A stretch of 64,000 bases of DNA from an uncultured delta proteobacterium (GTDB lineage: Bacteria > Desulfobacterota > Binatia > Binatales > Binataceae), in contig CAVQEQ010000004.1 in the NCBI GenBank assembly GCA_963711565.1, positions 212,961-276,960 of the forward strand, in the 5' to 3' direction. Position 1 is the stretch's first letter, and every line of letters begins with the position of its first letter. The notes under the pieces are model-generated. The model was given only the letters and a program-made list of their open reading frames with translations. It searched no databases and was not told the DNA's origin. The position numbers and the translations under genes are program-made. Of this stretch, positions 27,754 through 36,576 are shown piece by piece.

Positions 27754-29313
27754 GTGGTAAGCGCGCCCGGGAAAGCAGACCTGGTTCTGCACGAGGGTCT
27801 CGTCCTCGGCCACCCCGGCAGCGACTCGGTTGCAATCTCGCGCGGCTCGATTGCCGCGCACGGTGCATTCGCTGATCTGAAACCGCTGGTCGGTCCGCGA
27901 ACTCATCTGATCAAGCTCGCCGGCCGCACCGTCGCCCCCGGCTTCATCGATTCGCATCTCCATTTTCGCGAGGCCGCCGCCGCTGCCACCGGAATTTCCG
28001 TGCAGCGATGCCGCACTGTCGGCGATCTGCTGGCCGACCTGCGGCTTGCCGCAGGCAAGACTCCGCCCGGCAACTGGATGCGCGCGTTCGGATGCGACGA
28101 AGCGTTGCTGCTGGACAGGCGCGGACCCACGCGCGCCGAGCTCGACGAATCGTTACCCAAGAATCCCCTGCGTCTCCGCCATCAGACCCTCCACGCCACG
28201 TGGCTGAATTCGCGCGCGATCGCACTGCTGGGCCTCGAGGCTCCCGGCTTCACTCCGCCGCTCGGCGCCAACATGGTCCGCGACGCTGCGGGTAAGCTCA
28301 CCGGCCTTCTGGTCGGGATGGAGACGTGGCTGTCGGATCATCTACCGCCCGTGACCGCGGCGGAAGCGGAATCGCGCGCGCGCATCATGAGCCGCGAGAT
28401 GGCTGCGGCCGGAGTCACCGCGTTTACCGATGCCACCACGCGCAACGGTCCCGTCGAAGTCGAACAGTTCGCCAAGCTCGCGCAATCGAACGCGATATGC
28501 CAGCGCGTCGGGGTGATGATTGGCGGCCAGCATCTCGACTCCGCCGATCGATGCGAGCAGCTTGCTCGCGCCGCCGGGATCGCTCTTGCCGGCGCCAAGT
28601 TCATGCCCGGTTATCAGTACGACCCCGCCGGCCTGTCGCGGCCCGTCCTCCGCGCGCTCGAGCGCGGATTCGATTGCGCGTTCCACGTCACGGAAATCGA
28701 AGAGCTGGAAGAGTCGATTGCCGCTATCGAAGCTGCCAAAGCGCAGTTTTCCGGCGCACACGAGATCCCGCGCTTTCGGATCGAGCACGGCGGGATCATC
28801 ACGCCCAACTACATCGACCGGCTGATGGCCGCCGGCGTGTGGGTCGTCACCAATCCCGGCTTCATCCACTTCCGCGGTCCCAAGTACGCCGCCGAGCCCG
28901 GCCTCGTCGCTCATCTGTATCGCGCGCGCAGTCTCAAAGATGCCAATGTCCACCTGGTCGGCGCGACCGACGCGCCGGTGACGCCCGCGAAGCCGCTCGC
29001 TGCGATTGCCGCCGCCGTTTCGCGCACCTCGATCGACGGCGTCGAGCTCGCACCCGCCGAGGCGCTCTCGATGCATGACGCCTTCGCGCTCTTCACATCC
29101 GAAGCGGCGCGCCTCGCCCGTCTCGAGGCCGGCGTTATCGAGCCCGATCACCTGGCCGATCTGATCGTGCTGCCGCGCGACCCGTTCTCGCTGAATGCCG
29201 CCGATCTGATGAACCTCGTCGTCAACATAACCATCGTCGGCGGCCGTGTCGTTTACGAGCGCGGCCGTCCCGCCATCGCCAGCAGCGACAGCGCCGACCT
29301 GCGCTCCACCTGA
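27754..29313 (+). CDS. Metal-dependent amidohydrolase (amidohydrolase-3 family)
   Basis: GFIDSHLHF is the HxH metal site. A C-terminal VGATDAP...D motif is present. The length is 519 aa. Confidence 0.8.
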   Translation: MVSAPGKADLVLHEGLVLGHPGSDSVAISRGSIAAHGAFADLKPLVGPRTHLIKLAGRTVAPGFIDSHLHFREAAAAATGISVQRCRTVGDLLADLRLAAGKTPPGNWMRAFGCDEALLLDRRGPTRAELDESLPKNPLRLRHQTLHATWLNSRAIALLGLEAPGFTPPLGANMVRDAAGKLTGLLVGMETWLSDHLPPVTAAEAESRARIMSREMAAAGVTAFTDATTRNGPVEVEQFAKLAQSNAICQRVGVMIGGQHLDSADRCEQLARAAGIALAGAKFMPGYQYDPAGLSRPVLRALERGFDCAFHVTEIEELEESIAAIEAAKAQFSGAHEIPRFRIEHGGIITPNYIDRLMAAGVWVVTNPGFIHFRGPKYAAEPGLVAHLYRARSLKDANVHLVGATDAPVTPAKPLAAIAAAVSRTSIDGVELAPAEALSMHDAFALFTSEAARLARLEAGVIEPDHLADLIVLPRDPFSLNAADLMNLVVNITIVGGRVVYERGRPAIASSDSADLRST

Positions 29314-29326
29314 TGGCTTCGTGCTG

Positions 29327-30073
29327 ATGCAATCGAAGGCGAACGCTTCCAGCGCAGTGCTCTACGCCAGGCGCGGTCCCGTCGCATGGGTCACGCTCAA
29401 TCGTCCCGCGCAATTCAACGCGTACAACGTGGCGATGCGCGACGACCTCTTTCAAATCCTCGCCGCCATCCACGACGACCGCGACGTGCGCGCGATGGTC
29501 CTGCGCGGCGCCGGCCAGGCCTTTTCGACCGGCGGCGATCTCGTCGAGTTCGGGATGGCGCCGTCGCCAATCGTCGCGCGATGGGTCCGCTTTCGCCGCG
29601 ATGTGTGGGGGATGCTCCGCGCGCTGCCGATTCCGACCATCGCCGCTATTCACGGTTACACAGTAGGCGGCGGACTCGAGATGGCGCTGTTGTGCGACCT
29701 CGCAATCGCCGCCGACGACACCCGCCTGTCCCTGCCCGAGACCGGCGCCGGCATGATTCCCGGCGTCGCCGGCACGCAGACCGCCGCGCGCCGCCTTGGC
29801 CTCGGTCGCGCGCTGGACCTTTGCCTCACGGGCCGTTGGATTGACGCCCAAGACGCGTTACTTGTAGGTATGGTCGCCGAAGTGGTCCCGCTGGCTGATC
29901 TGGATCGCCGCGCGCTGACGATCGCCCGCGCGTTTGCACGCGTCAGTCGCGAGCGTTCCGCGCTACTCAAGCTGGCGGTCTGGGGAGGCCTCGATTTGCC
30001 GCTGCGACAAGGACTCGAACTCGAACGCCGGCTCTGGAGGCGTTTACCCGCTGGGAGGAATCGCGCGCAGTGA
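29327..30073 (+). CDS. Enoyl-CoA hydratase/isomerase (crotonase) family protein
   Basis: VAWVTLNRPAQFNA...LRGAGQAFSTGGDL...GYTVGGGLEMALLCD is a canonical crotonase fold. Confidence 0.8.
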   Translation: MQSKANASSAVLYARRGPVAWVTLNRPAQFNAYNVAMRDDLFQILAAIHDDRDVRAMVLRGAGQAFSTGGDLVEFGMAPSPIVARWVRFRRDVWGMLRALPIPTIAAIHGYTVGGGLEMALLCDLAIAADDTRLSLPETGAGMIPGVAGTQTAARRLGLGRALDLCLTGRWIDAQDALLVGMVAEVVPLADLDRRALTIARAFARVSRERSALLKLAVWGGLDLPLRQGLELERRLWRRLPAGRNRAQ

Positions 30074-31617
30074 ACACGGTTAACTTCGTCACGATCCCTG
30101 CTTCGATCGTGCCCGACCAGGAAATCCTGGTCTTCGGCTCGCGACGCCTTACCTATGCGGATCTGAACGACCAGGTCGCCTGCCTGTGCGCGGTCTTCAA
30201 GCAGTTCGGCCTCGCGCATGGCGACGTCATCGCCGTCCTCGACACCAACTCCGACCTCTACATCGAATGCTACTACGCCGCCGCCAAGGCCGGTCTCACG
30301 TTCCTGCCGCTGAACTATCGCGCCAAGGATGCCGAGCTCGAATACATGATCAACACCGCCGACGCCAAGGTGTTGCTCGTCGGCGATCGCTATCTCGAAT
30401 TGATCGCGAAGATTCAGCCGCGGCTGCGCGCGAGCAAAGTCGTCGCGCTTGGCGACGGCGCCCGCGGATTGCCGCGCCTCGCCGATCTCATCGCCAAGGC
30501 CGAGCCCGACGAGGCCGAAGCTGAAGTCGAAGACGAGGACATTTCCATCCTCATGTACACCAGCGGCACCACCTCTCTACCGAAAGGCGTGCAGCTTCGC
30601 TTCCGCGATTTCGCCGCCTACGTCACCGCCAACGTCGAGATGGCCGACGGCACCGACCGCGGCGTCGCGCTGGTGTGCGTGCCGTTTTACCACATCGCCG
30701 GAACCACCGCGTACATGACCACCATCTGGACCGGCCGCAAACTGGTCATCATGCCGCAGTTCGACGCCAAGGCTTGGCTCGATCTCGTCGCGCGCGAGCA
30801 CGTAACCCACGCCTTCGTCGTACCCACGATGATGAAACAGATCATCGACGAGCCCGCATTCGCGAAAACCGATCTCTCCACGCTGACCAACCTCGCCTAC
30901 GGCGGCGCGGCGATGCCGGTGCAGGTGATTCGCCGCGCGATCGAGGTCTTCCCGAAAAAAGTCGGCTTCGTGAACGCCTACGGCCAGACCGAGACTACGT
31001 CATCGCTGACCGTGCTCGGTCCCGACGATCATCGAATCGAAGGCACGCCTGAGGAGGTCGAGCTAAAGCTCAAGCGCCTGAACTCGATCGGCAAGCCGCT
31101 GCCCAACGTCGAGATTCGCGTCCGCGACGAGGACGGCAAGTTCCTCCCGCACGGCCAGGTGGGCGAAATCATTATCCGCACCCCGCGCATCATGAAGGGC
31201 TACGCCGGCCGCGACGACGACGCGCGATTGCCCGATGGATGGCGCGCGACCGGCGACCTCGGATGGCTCGACGACGACGGCTACGTCTTCTTCGCCGGGC
31301 GCAAGGACGACATGATCATCCGCGGCGGCGAAAATATAGCGCCCGCCGAAATCGAAACGGTCCTCATGAGCCATCCGGCGGTCGACGAATGCGCCGTTAT
31401 CGGCGTGCCGTCCGTCGAATGGGGGCAAACCGTCAAGGCCTTCGTCGTCCCGCGCACGGGAATGAAGGTGGCCGAGTCCGAGCTCGAGGAATTCTGCCGC
31501 TCGCGTCTGGCGAGCTTCAAGCGTCCCGAGCGCATCGAGTTCATCGACGCGCTGCCGAAAAATCCGCTCGGCAAAATCCTGCGCAAAGATCTGCGCGCGC
31601 CCGCTGGAGGCGTCTGA
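30070..31617 (+). CDS. AMP-dependent acyl-CoA synthetase/ligase
   Basis: YTSGTTSLPKGV is the AMP-binding motif. YGQTETT and the C-terminal PKNPLGKILRKDL are present. Confidence 0.85.
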   Translation: MNTVNFVTIPASIVPDQEILVFGSRRLTYADLNDQVACLCAVFKQFGLAHGDVIAVLDTNSDLYIECYYAAAKAGLTFLPLNYRAKDAELEYMINTADAKVLLVGDRYLELIAKIQPRLRASKVVALGDGARGLPRLADLIAKAEPDEAEAEVEDEDISILMYTSGTTSLPKGVQLRFRDFAAYVTANVEMADGTDRGVALVCVPFYHIAGTTAYMTTIWTGRKLVIMPQFDAKAWLDLVAREHVTHAFVVPTMMKQIIDEPAFAKTDLSTLTNLAYGGAAMPVQVIRRAIEVFPKKVGFVNAYGQTETTSSLTVLGPDDHRIEGTPEEVELKLKRLNSIGKPLPNVEIRVRDEDGKFLPHGQVGEIIIRTPRIMKGYAGRDDDARLPDGWRATGDLGWLDDDGYVFFAGRKDDMIIRGGENIAPAEIETVLMSHPAVDECAVIGVPSVEWGQTVKAFVVPRTGMKVAESELEEFCRSRLASFKRPERIEFIDALPKNPLGKILRKDLRAPAGGV

Positions 31618-31649
31618 CGCCGCGGCCCGCTAAAAAATCCCGACCGCGC

Positions 31650-32402
31650 CGCGCCGCGCGCTCCACGCCCGCCGGCGTAATCGAAGTTTCCTTCGCCAGC
31701 GGATGCGTTAACGCTACCCTTCGATTCCCCGGCGCGCGCGCGATTGTCACGCCCGCGATGGCCGTCCGCTTGCTCGAGCTGTTCGAGCACGTTGAGGACG
31801 ACGACGCCGCCCACATGCTCGCGATCACGGGCGCCGGTTCCGCGTTCTGCATCGGCTTGGACGACGCCGTCGATCCGCGCCTCGTCGAATCGCTCGCCGT
31901 GCTCTCGAAGCCCACCGTCGCGATCATCAACGGCGACGCCTTCGATGAAGGATTGGAACTCGCGATGGCCGCCGACATTCGCGTCGCGATTTCATCCGCT
32001 CGTTTCGCGATCACGCAAATCAAACGCGGCACGATGCCCCATTTCGGCGCGACTCAGCGCCTCCCGCGCCTTATCGGCGCGGCCAACGCTATCCGCCTGA
32101 TGCTGACCGGGACGGCCCTGGGAGCCGACGACGCGATGCGCACGGGACTCGTCACTTATCTTGCTGACAGGCCCGCCGAACTCGCCGCTACCAGCGGCCG
32201 CGTCGCCGAGGCTATTCTGAGCCGCGCGCCGCTCGCCGCGCGCCTGGTCAAGGACGCGGTGCTCAAGGGTTACGACATGACTTTGGACCAGGGCATCAGG
32301 CTTGAGGAGGATCTATACGCCCTGCTACAAACGACTTCCGACCGCGCCGAAGGCGTCCGCGCTTTTCTCGAGAAGCGCAAACCGCTGTTCAGGGGCGCGT
32401 GA
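31650..32402 (+). CDS. Second enoyl-CoA hydratase/isomerase family protein; the 5' end is uncertain
   Basis: VIEVSFASGCVNATLRF...ITGAGSAFCIGLD...INGDAFDEGLELAMAADIRV. There is no ATG, GTG or TTG between the ligase stop and the conserved first beta-strand. Confidence 0.65.
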   Translation, partial: RAARSTPAGVIEVSFASGCVNATLRFPGARAIVTPAMAVRLLELFEHVEDDDAAHMLAITGAGSAFCIGLDDAVDPRLVESLAVLSKPTVAIINGDAFDEGLELAMAADIRVAISSARFAITQIKRGTMPHFGATQRLPRLIGAANAIRLMLTGTALGADDAMRTGLVTYLADRPAELAATSGRVAEAILSRAPLAARLVKDAVLKGYDMTLDQGIRLEEDLYALLQTTSDRAEGVRAFLEKRKPLFRGA

Positions 32403-32457
32403 ACTCTCGGCGCAAAATTTTAAGCGACAACGCGACTGAAAGGATCAGGATCCACGA

Positions 32458-32577
32458 ATGGCAAATCAGCTCGGCAAAGTTTATATCTGCGGCAACTGCA
32501 AATCGCAGGTCATCGTCACCAAGGCCGGCAACGGCCAGCTCAAGTGTTGCGGCGTTCCGATGGAACAAAAAAAGTAA
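32458..32577 (+). CDS. Second desulforedoxin-like Cys4 small protein (39 aa, unannotated)
   Basis: MANQLGKVYICGNCKSQVIVTKAGNGQLKCCGVPMEQKK is a paralogue of the ORF at 27601. Confidence 0.55.
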   Translation: MANQLGKVYICGNCKSQVIVTKAGNGQLKCCGVPMEQKK

Positions 32578-32631
32578 CGACCGCGCTCTTTCGTTCGGGC
32601 GCTGTCGCGACAACGCGATGAGGGGTCCACG

Positions 32632-32871
32632 ATGCTCTACTGGATTATAGTCGGAATAATCGCAGGCTGGTTGGCCGGGAAGCTGGTGCGCGGCGCGGGC
32701 TTCGGCTTGATCGGCGATCTCATCCTCGGCCTCGTCGGTGGCCTTGTCGGCGGATGGATCTTCGGCGCACTCGGTATTGCGGGACCCAACGGCCTGATCG
32801 GCGGCATCATCATCGCTACCGTCGGCGCCGTCATCCTGGTCTGGATCTCGCATATGATTCGCGAGGCCTGA
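32632..32871 (+). CDS. GlsB/YeaQ/YmgE family transglycosylase-associated stress membrane protein
   Basis: IVGIIAGWLAGKLVRGAGFGLIGDLILGLVGGLVGGWIFG is the family signature. Confidence 0.75.
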   Translation: MLYWIIVGIIAGWLAGKLVRGAGFGLIGDLILGLVGGLVGGWIFGALGIAGPNGLIGGIIIATVGAVILVWISHMIREA

Positions 32872-32890
32872 GCAACCCCGCGCGCCGCGC

Positions 32891-33280
32891 TCACCCGCTA
32901 GCGCGGATGCGCAGCTCTTCGGCCTGCTTGCGAATCGGCTCCGGCAGCCTCACTTCCTGCGCGTCGATCCAGTTGCTCACGAGCCGGTAGAACTCGCGCG
33001 CCGGTTCGTAGAACACGTGGATCACGACGTCGTCGTAGTCGAGCACCACCCAGTGCGCATGGTGCATCCCCTCGACCGACAGTGCCCGTTGCCCGGCCTT
33101 GCCCAGCGCCTCCTCGATTCCGCGCGCAATCGCCTGCACCTGCACGTCGGAGCGCCCGGTCGCCACCAGGAAATAATCCGCCACCGATTTCAGATGCTCG
33201 GCTTCGAGCACGACCAGGTCGTAGGCCTTTTTCTCCAGCGCCGCTTCGGCCGCGACGAATGCCTTCTTCAGCGCCGTCAA
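32891..33280 (-). CDS. rsfS: Ribosomal silencing factor RsfS (Iojap)
   Basis: A 129-aa ORF. DYFLVATGRSDVQVQAI...HAHWVVLDYDDVVIHVF is present. Confidence 0.85.
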   Translation of the reverse strand: MTALKKAFVAAEAALEKKAYDLVVLEAEHLKSVADYFLVATGRSDVQVQAIARGIEEALGKAGQRALSVEGMHHAHWVVLDYDDVVIHVFYEPAREFYRLVSNWIDAQEVRLPEPIRKQAEELRIRASG

Positions 33281-33371
33281 GAAATCTGACCGCGATTGGC
33301 CGGCGGGTTCGCCGTTTGTCGATGGTTCGATCGGGATTGAAATGAACGCGAGATTTTAAGCAGAGAAATCC

Positions 33372-34010
33372 TCAATACAGCGCGTGGCGCTGGATATAAT
33401 CGACGACATCGATCGGCATCAGGTACCGGACCGATTCACCGTGTTGCAGTTTGCCGCGAATTTCAGTCGCTGAAATGGGGAAGAACGTGGTGTCGACGAA
33501 AGATAGCGTTTGTCCGCTCGAATGCACGTAGTGATCGTCTGCCTGAGTGTAGCCAAACCGTTTGAGCGCGGCAACTGAAATTCGCGGCGGACCGTCTTGC
33601 CCTTCGGTTAACCTTGTATGAACGGCGAAATTGCACAGCCGCGCCAGTTCATCGGGCTCCTTCCACGATTCCAGCTCGGCAAACTGATCCGCGCCCATCA
33701 GCAGGTACAGCGTCGCCGGCTGCCTCAAGGTAGCCAGGAAGTAGCGCACCGTCTCTATCGTGTACGATCGCCCGGCGCGCTGAATCTCCACGTCGGAGGT
33801 CATGAAATGCCGGTTGCCCTTGGTCGCCAGCCGCACCATCGCCAGCCGATGCACCGCCGGGGCCAATTCGCCTTCCGCCTTATGCGGCGGCGATGCGGCC
33901 GGGATGAAATACACGAGGTCCAGTTGGAGCGCCTCGCGAACCTCCTCGGCCGCGCGCAAATGCCCGAGATGAATCGGATTGAAACTGCCGCCGAACAATC
34001 CTACCCGCAT
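33372..34010 (-). CDS. nadD: Nicotinate-nucleotide adenylyltransferase
   Basis: GLFGGSFNPIHLGHL is the (H/T)xGH motif, in the conserved position after proA. Confidence 0.85.
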   Translation of the reverse strand: MRVGLFGGSFNPIHLGHLRAAEEVREALQLDLVYFIPAASPPHKAEGELAPAVHRLAMVRLATKGNRHFMTSDVEIQRAGRSYTIETVRYFLATLRQPATLYLLMGADQFAELESWKEPDELARLCNFAVHTRLTEGQDGPPRISVAALKRFGYTQADDHYVHSSGQTLSFVDTTFFPISATEIRGKLQHGESVRYLMPIDVVDYIQRHALY

Positions 34011-34049
34011 TTTTCTTCACTGCGCCCCCGTCGCAACGGGTCGCCGCGT

Positions 34050-35336
34050 TCAGGCGCGGACTTGTCCAGTCCCGCGAAGGACGTACTTATAGGTGGTCAA
34101 CTCGTTGAGTCCCATCGGCCCGCGCGCGTGCAGCCGATTAGTCGAAATTCCCGTTTCCGCCCCGAATCCAAATTCGAAACCGTCGGTGAAACGCGTCGAC
34201 GCGTTGACGTAAACCGTAGCCGAATCGACTTCACGTTCAAAGCGCGCGGCAGTTTCCGCGTCATCGGTAACGATCGCGTCGGCAAGATGCGATCCATGAC
34301 GTGCGATAAACGCGATCGCCTCTTCAACCGAATCCACAACTTTCACCGCCAGGATCAGGTCGAGATATTCCGCGTCCCAGTCTTCGTCGGTCGCCGCGCG
34401 CACCGCCGGCACGATTTTTCGCGTCGCGTCGTCGCCGCGAAGCTCAACGCCGGCCGCGGTCAATCGCGCGGCCACCGCCGGGAGGAATTTCTCCGCGACC
34501 GCGTGATGTACCAATAATTTCTCCATCGAATTGCAGACCGACGGCCGCGAGCATTTCGCATTGACGCAGATCTCCTCGGCCATCTTCAGATTCGCCGCCC
34601 GATCGACGTAGGTGTGGCATTTGCCGTCGAAATGCGGCAACAGAGGCACCTCCGATCCGTCCAACGCGTCCTTCAACGACTTGCCCCCGCGCGGAATTAT
34701 CAGGTCGATCAACTCGCGGCTCAGCTTCATCACCTGGATCACTTCGCGATCCGGATCGCGAATGAATGTCGCCGCATCAGCCTCGAGCCCCGCATCCTTC
34801 AACGCGCGCGAGATCAATCCTGCCAGGAATCCATTGCTGCTGAGCGCCTCGCTGCCTCCGCGTAGTACCACGGCGTTGCCGGCTTTGAGCGTCAGCGCGG
34901 CCGCATCGACGGTGACGTTGGGCCGCGACTCGTAAATCATCGCGATCAGGCCGATCGGCACTCTGATCTTTTCGATCTTCAACCCGTTGGGCCGCGTCCA
35001 CTTCTCGATCGCAGTGCCGACCGGATCGTGGAGCGCCTCGACTTGAAGCACACCCGCAGCCATGGCCTCGATTCGCTTGTCATCGAGCGTCAGCCGCTCG
35101 ACGAACGCACCGCCGCGTCCGCTGTTGCGCGAGCGCTCGAGGTCGATCGCGTTGGCGCGAATAATTTCCGCGCGCGACTCGCGTATCGCGCTGGCCAGCC
35201 GCCGCAGAAAATCGTTTTTCTGCGCCGTAGTCACGATCGCCATCCCCGGCGCCGCCGCCCGCGCCCGCCGCAGCGCGGCAACAGTATCAGCTTCAACCGT
35301 CATCGAACTTCGAGAATATATCCCGAGGCCAGTCAA
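34050..35336 (-). CDS. proA: Glutamate-5-semialdehyde dehydrogenase (gamma-glutamyl phosphate reductase)
   Basis: A 428-aa ORF of the aldehyde dehydrogenase family with the typical ProA C-terminal HTD..V and the C..E catalytic pair. It is adjacent to proB. Confidence 0.9.
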   Translation of the reverse strand: MTGLGIYSRSSMTVEADTVAALRRARAAAPGMAIVTTAQKNDFLRRLASAIRESRAEIIRANAIDLERSRNSGRGGAFVERLTLDDKRIEAMAAGVLQVEALHDPVGTAIEKWTRPNGLKIEKIRVPIGLIAMIYESRPNVTVDAAALTLKAGNAVVLRGGSEALSSNGFLAGLISRALKDAGLEADAATFIRDPDREVIQVMKLSRELIDLIIPRGGKSLKDALDGSEVPLLPHFDGKCHTYVDRAANLKMAEEICVNAKCSRPSVCNSMEKLLVHHAVAEKFLPAVAARLTAAGVELRGDDATRKIVPAVRAATDEDWDAEYLDLILAVKVVDSVEEAIAFIARHGSHLADAIVTDDAETAARFEREVDSATVYVNASTRFTDGFEFGFGAETGISTNRLHARGPMGLNELTTYKYVLRGTGQVRA

Positions 35337-35352
35337 ATAAACCGCACGCCGA

Positions 35353-35430
35353 GAATACTGGGTGCAGGGGTCACCCCTGCCGAAGGAAGCGTGAAACCCA
35401 CCGCGGGGTTCACATTCAATAAAGTGGACG
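35353..35430 (+). repeat. Structured intergenic repeat, family 1, copy C (core only), in the proB-proA spacer
   Basis: aatACTGGGTGCAGGGGTCACCCCTGCCGAAGGAAGCGTGAAACCCACCGCGGGGTTCACATTCAATAAAGTGGAC. Confidence 0.8.
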
Positions 35431-36576
35431 CTACGCGATCTCTTTGATCAGCACGAAGTTGTCGCGATGGATAATCTCATCGGCAACTTTGTAACCAAGC
35501 AGAGCAGGAATCTCAGTCGAACGCCGCCCAGCCACCTTCAACACATCCGACGCCGGATAATTCACCAACCCGCGGCCGAACTCGACGCCGTCGGGATCGA
35601 GCAGGCTCACGCAGTCGCCGCCGCCGAAATCTCCGCGCACCTCGCGCACGCCCGAGGGCAGCAGCGACCGGCCGCGATTGCGGAGCGCGTCGGCCGCGCC
35701 CTTGTCGACGGCGAGCGATCCTGCCGGCCGCAGCGCGAACGCGATCCAATGCTTTCTGCTCTTGAGCCGCACTCCCGCCGGCACGATCAGCGTGCCCGCT
35801 TCGCGCGCCGGATCGAGCGCGGCGGTAACGATTCCCGCCTCGCGCCCGCGCGCGATAATCACGGCGATTCCCGCGCGTGCCGCCTGCCGCGCCGCTTTCA
35901 ACTTGGTCGCCATCCCGCCGACACCCAGCGGCCCCGCGTTCTCGGCGACCAGCCCGTGCATCTCGGCCTCCGGATCGCTGATCACAGGAATCAGCCGCGC
36001 GTCGGTACGCTCGCGCGGGTCGCCAGTCAGCACGCCGTCAACATCGCTCAAAATAATCAGAAGCTGCGCCTGCACGAGGCTCGCGACCAGCGACGACAGC
36101 ACGTCGTTGTCGCCGAGCCGGATTTCCTCGACCGCGACCGTGTCGTTCTCGTTGACGATCGGAATCACGCCCGCGCCGAGTAACTCGGTGACGGTTTGAT
36201 TCGCGTTCTGACGGCGACGGCGTTCCGCCAAATCCTGATGGGTCAGCAAGATTTGCGCGACGCTTCGATCGTGGCCGCCGAATGCATGCGCCCACGCCGA
36301 CATCAGCTCGATTTGCCCGGTGGCGGCGGCCGCCTGCCGCGCTGCGATCGTTGCGCCGTGAAGCTTCGAGAGTCGCGCACGTCCCGCGGCTACAGCGCCA
36401 GACGTGACGATCACGATTTCCTGGCCGGCCTGCACCGCCGACTCGATCTGTGACGTTAGCTGTTCGATCACATCGACGCGCAGGCCGTCGGCGTCGGACA
36501 GCACAGCGCTGCCGACCTTGATCACGATCCGCCGCGCGCGCGCGACGGTCGATTCCTTATAGTTCAGTTGGGACAT
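35431..36576 (-). CDS. proB: Glutamate 5-kinase with a C-terminal PUA domain
   Basis: The N-terminus RIVIKVGSAVL is amino-acid-kinase family. It lies between obg and proA. Confidence 0.9.
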   Translation of the reverse strand: MSQLNYKESTVARARRIVIKVGSAVLSDADGLRVDVIEQLTSQIESAVQAGQEIVIVTSGAVAAGRARLSKLHGATIAARQAAAATGQIELMSAWAHAFGGHDRSVAQILLTHQDLAERRRRQNANQTVTELLGAGVIPIVNENDTVAVEEIRLGDNDVLSSLVASLVQAQLLIILSDVDGVLTGDPRERTDARLIPVISDPEAEMHGLVAENAGPLGVGGMATKLKAARQAARAGIAVIIARGREAGIVTAALDPAREAGTLIVPAGVRLKSRKHWIAFALRPAGSLAVDKGAADALRNRGRSLLPSGVREVRGDFGGGDCVSLLDPDGVEFGRGLVNYPASDVLKVAGRRSTEIPALLGYKVADEIIHRDNFVLIKEIA

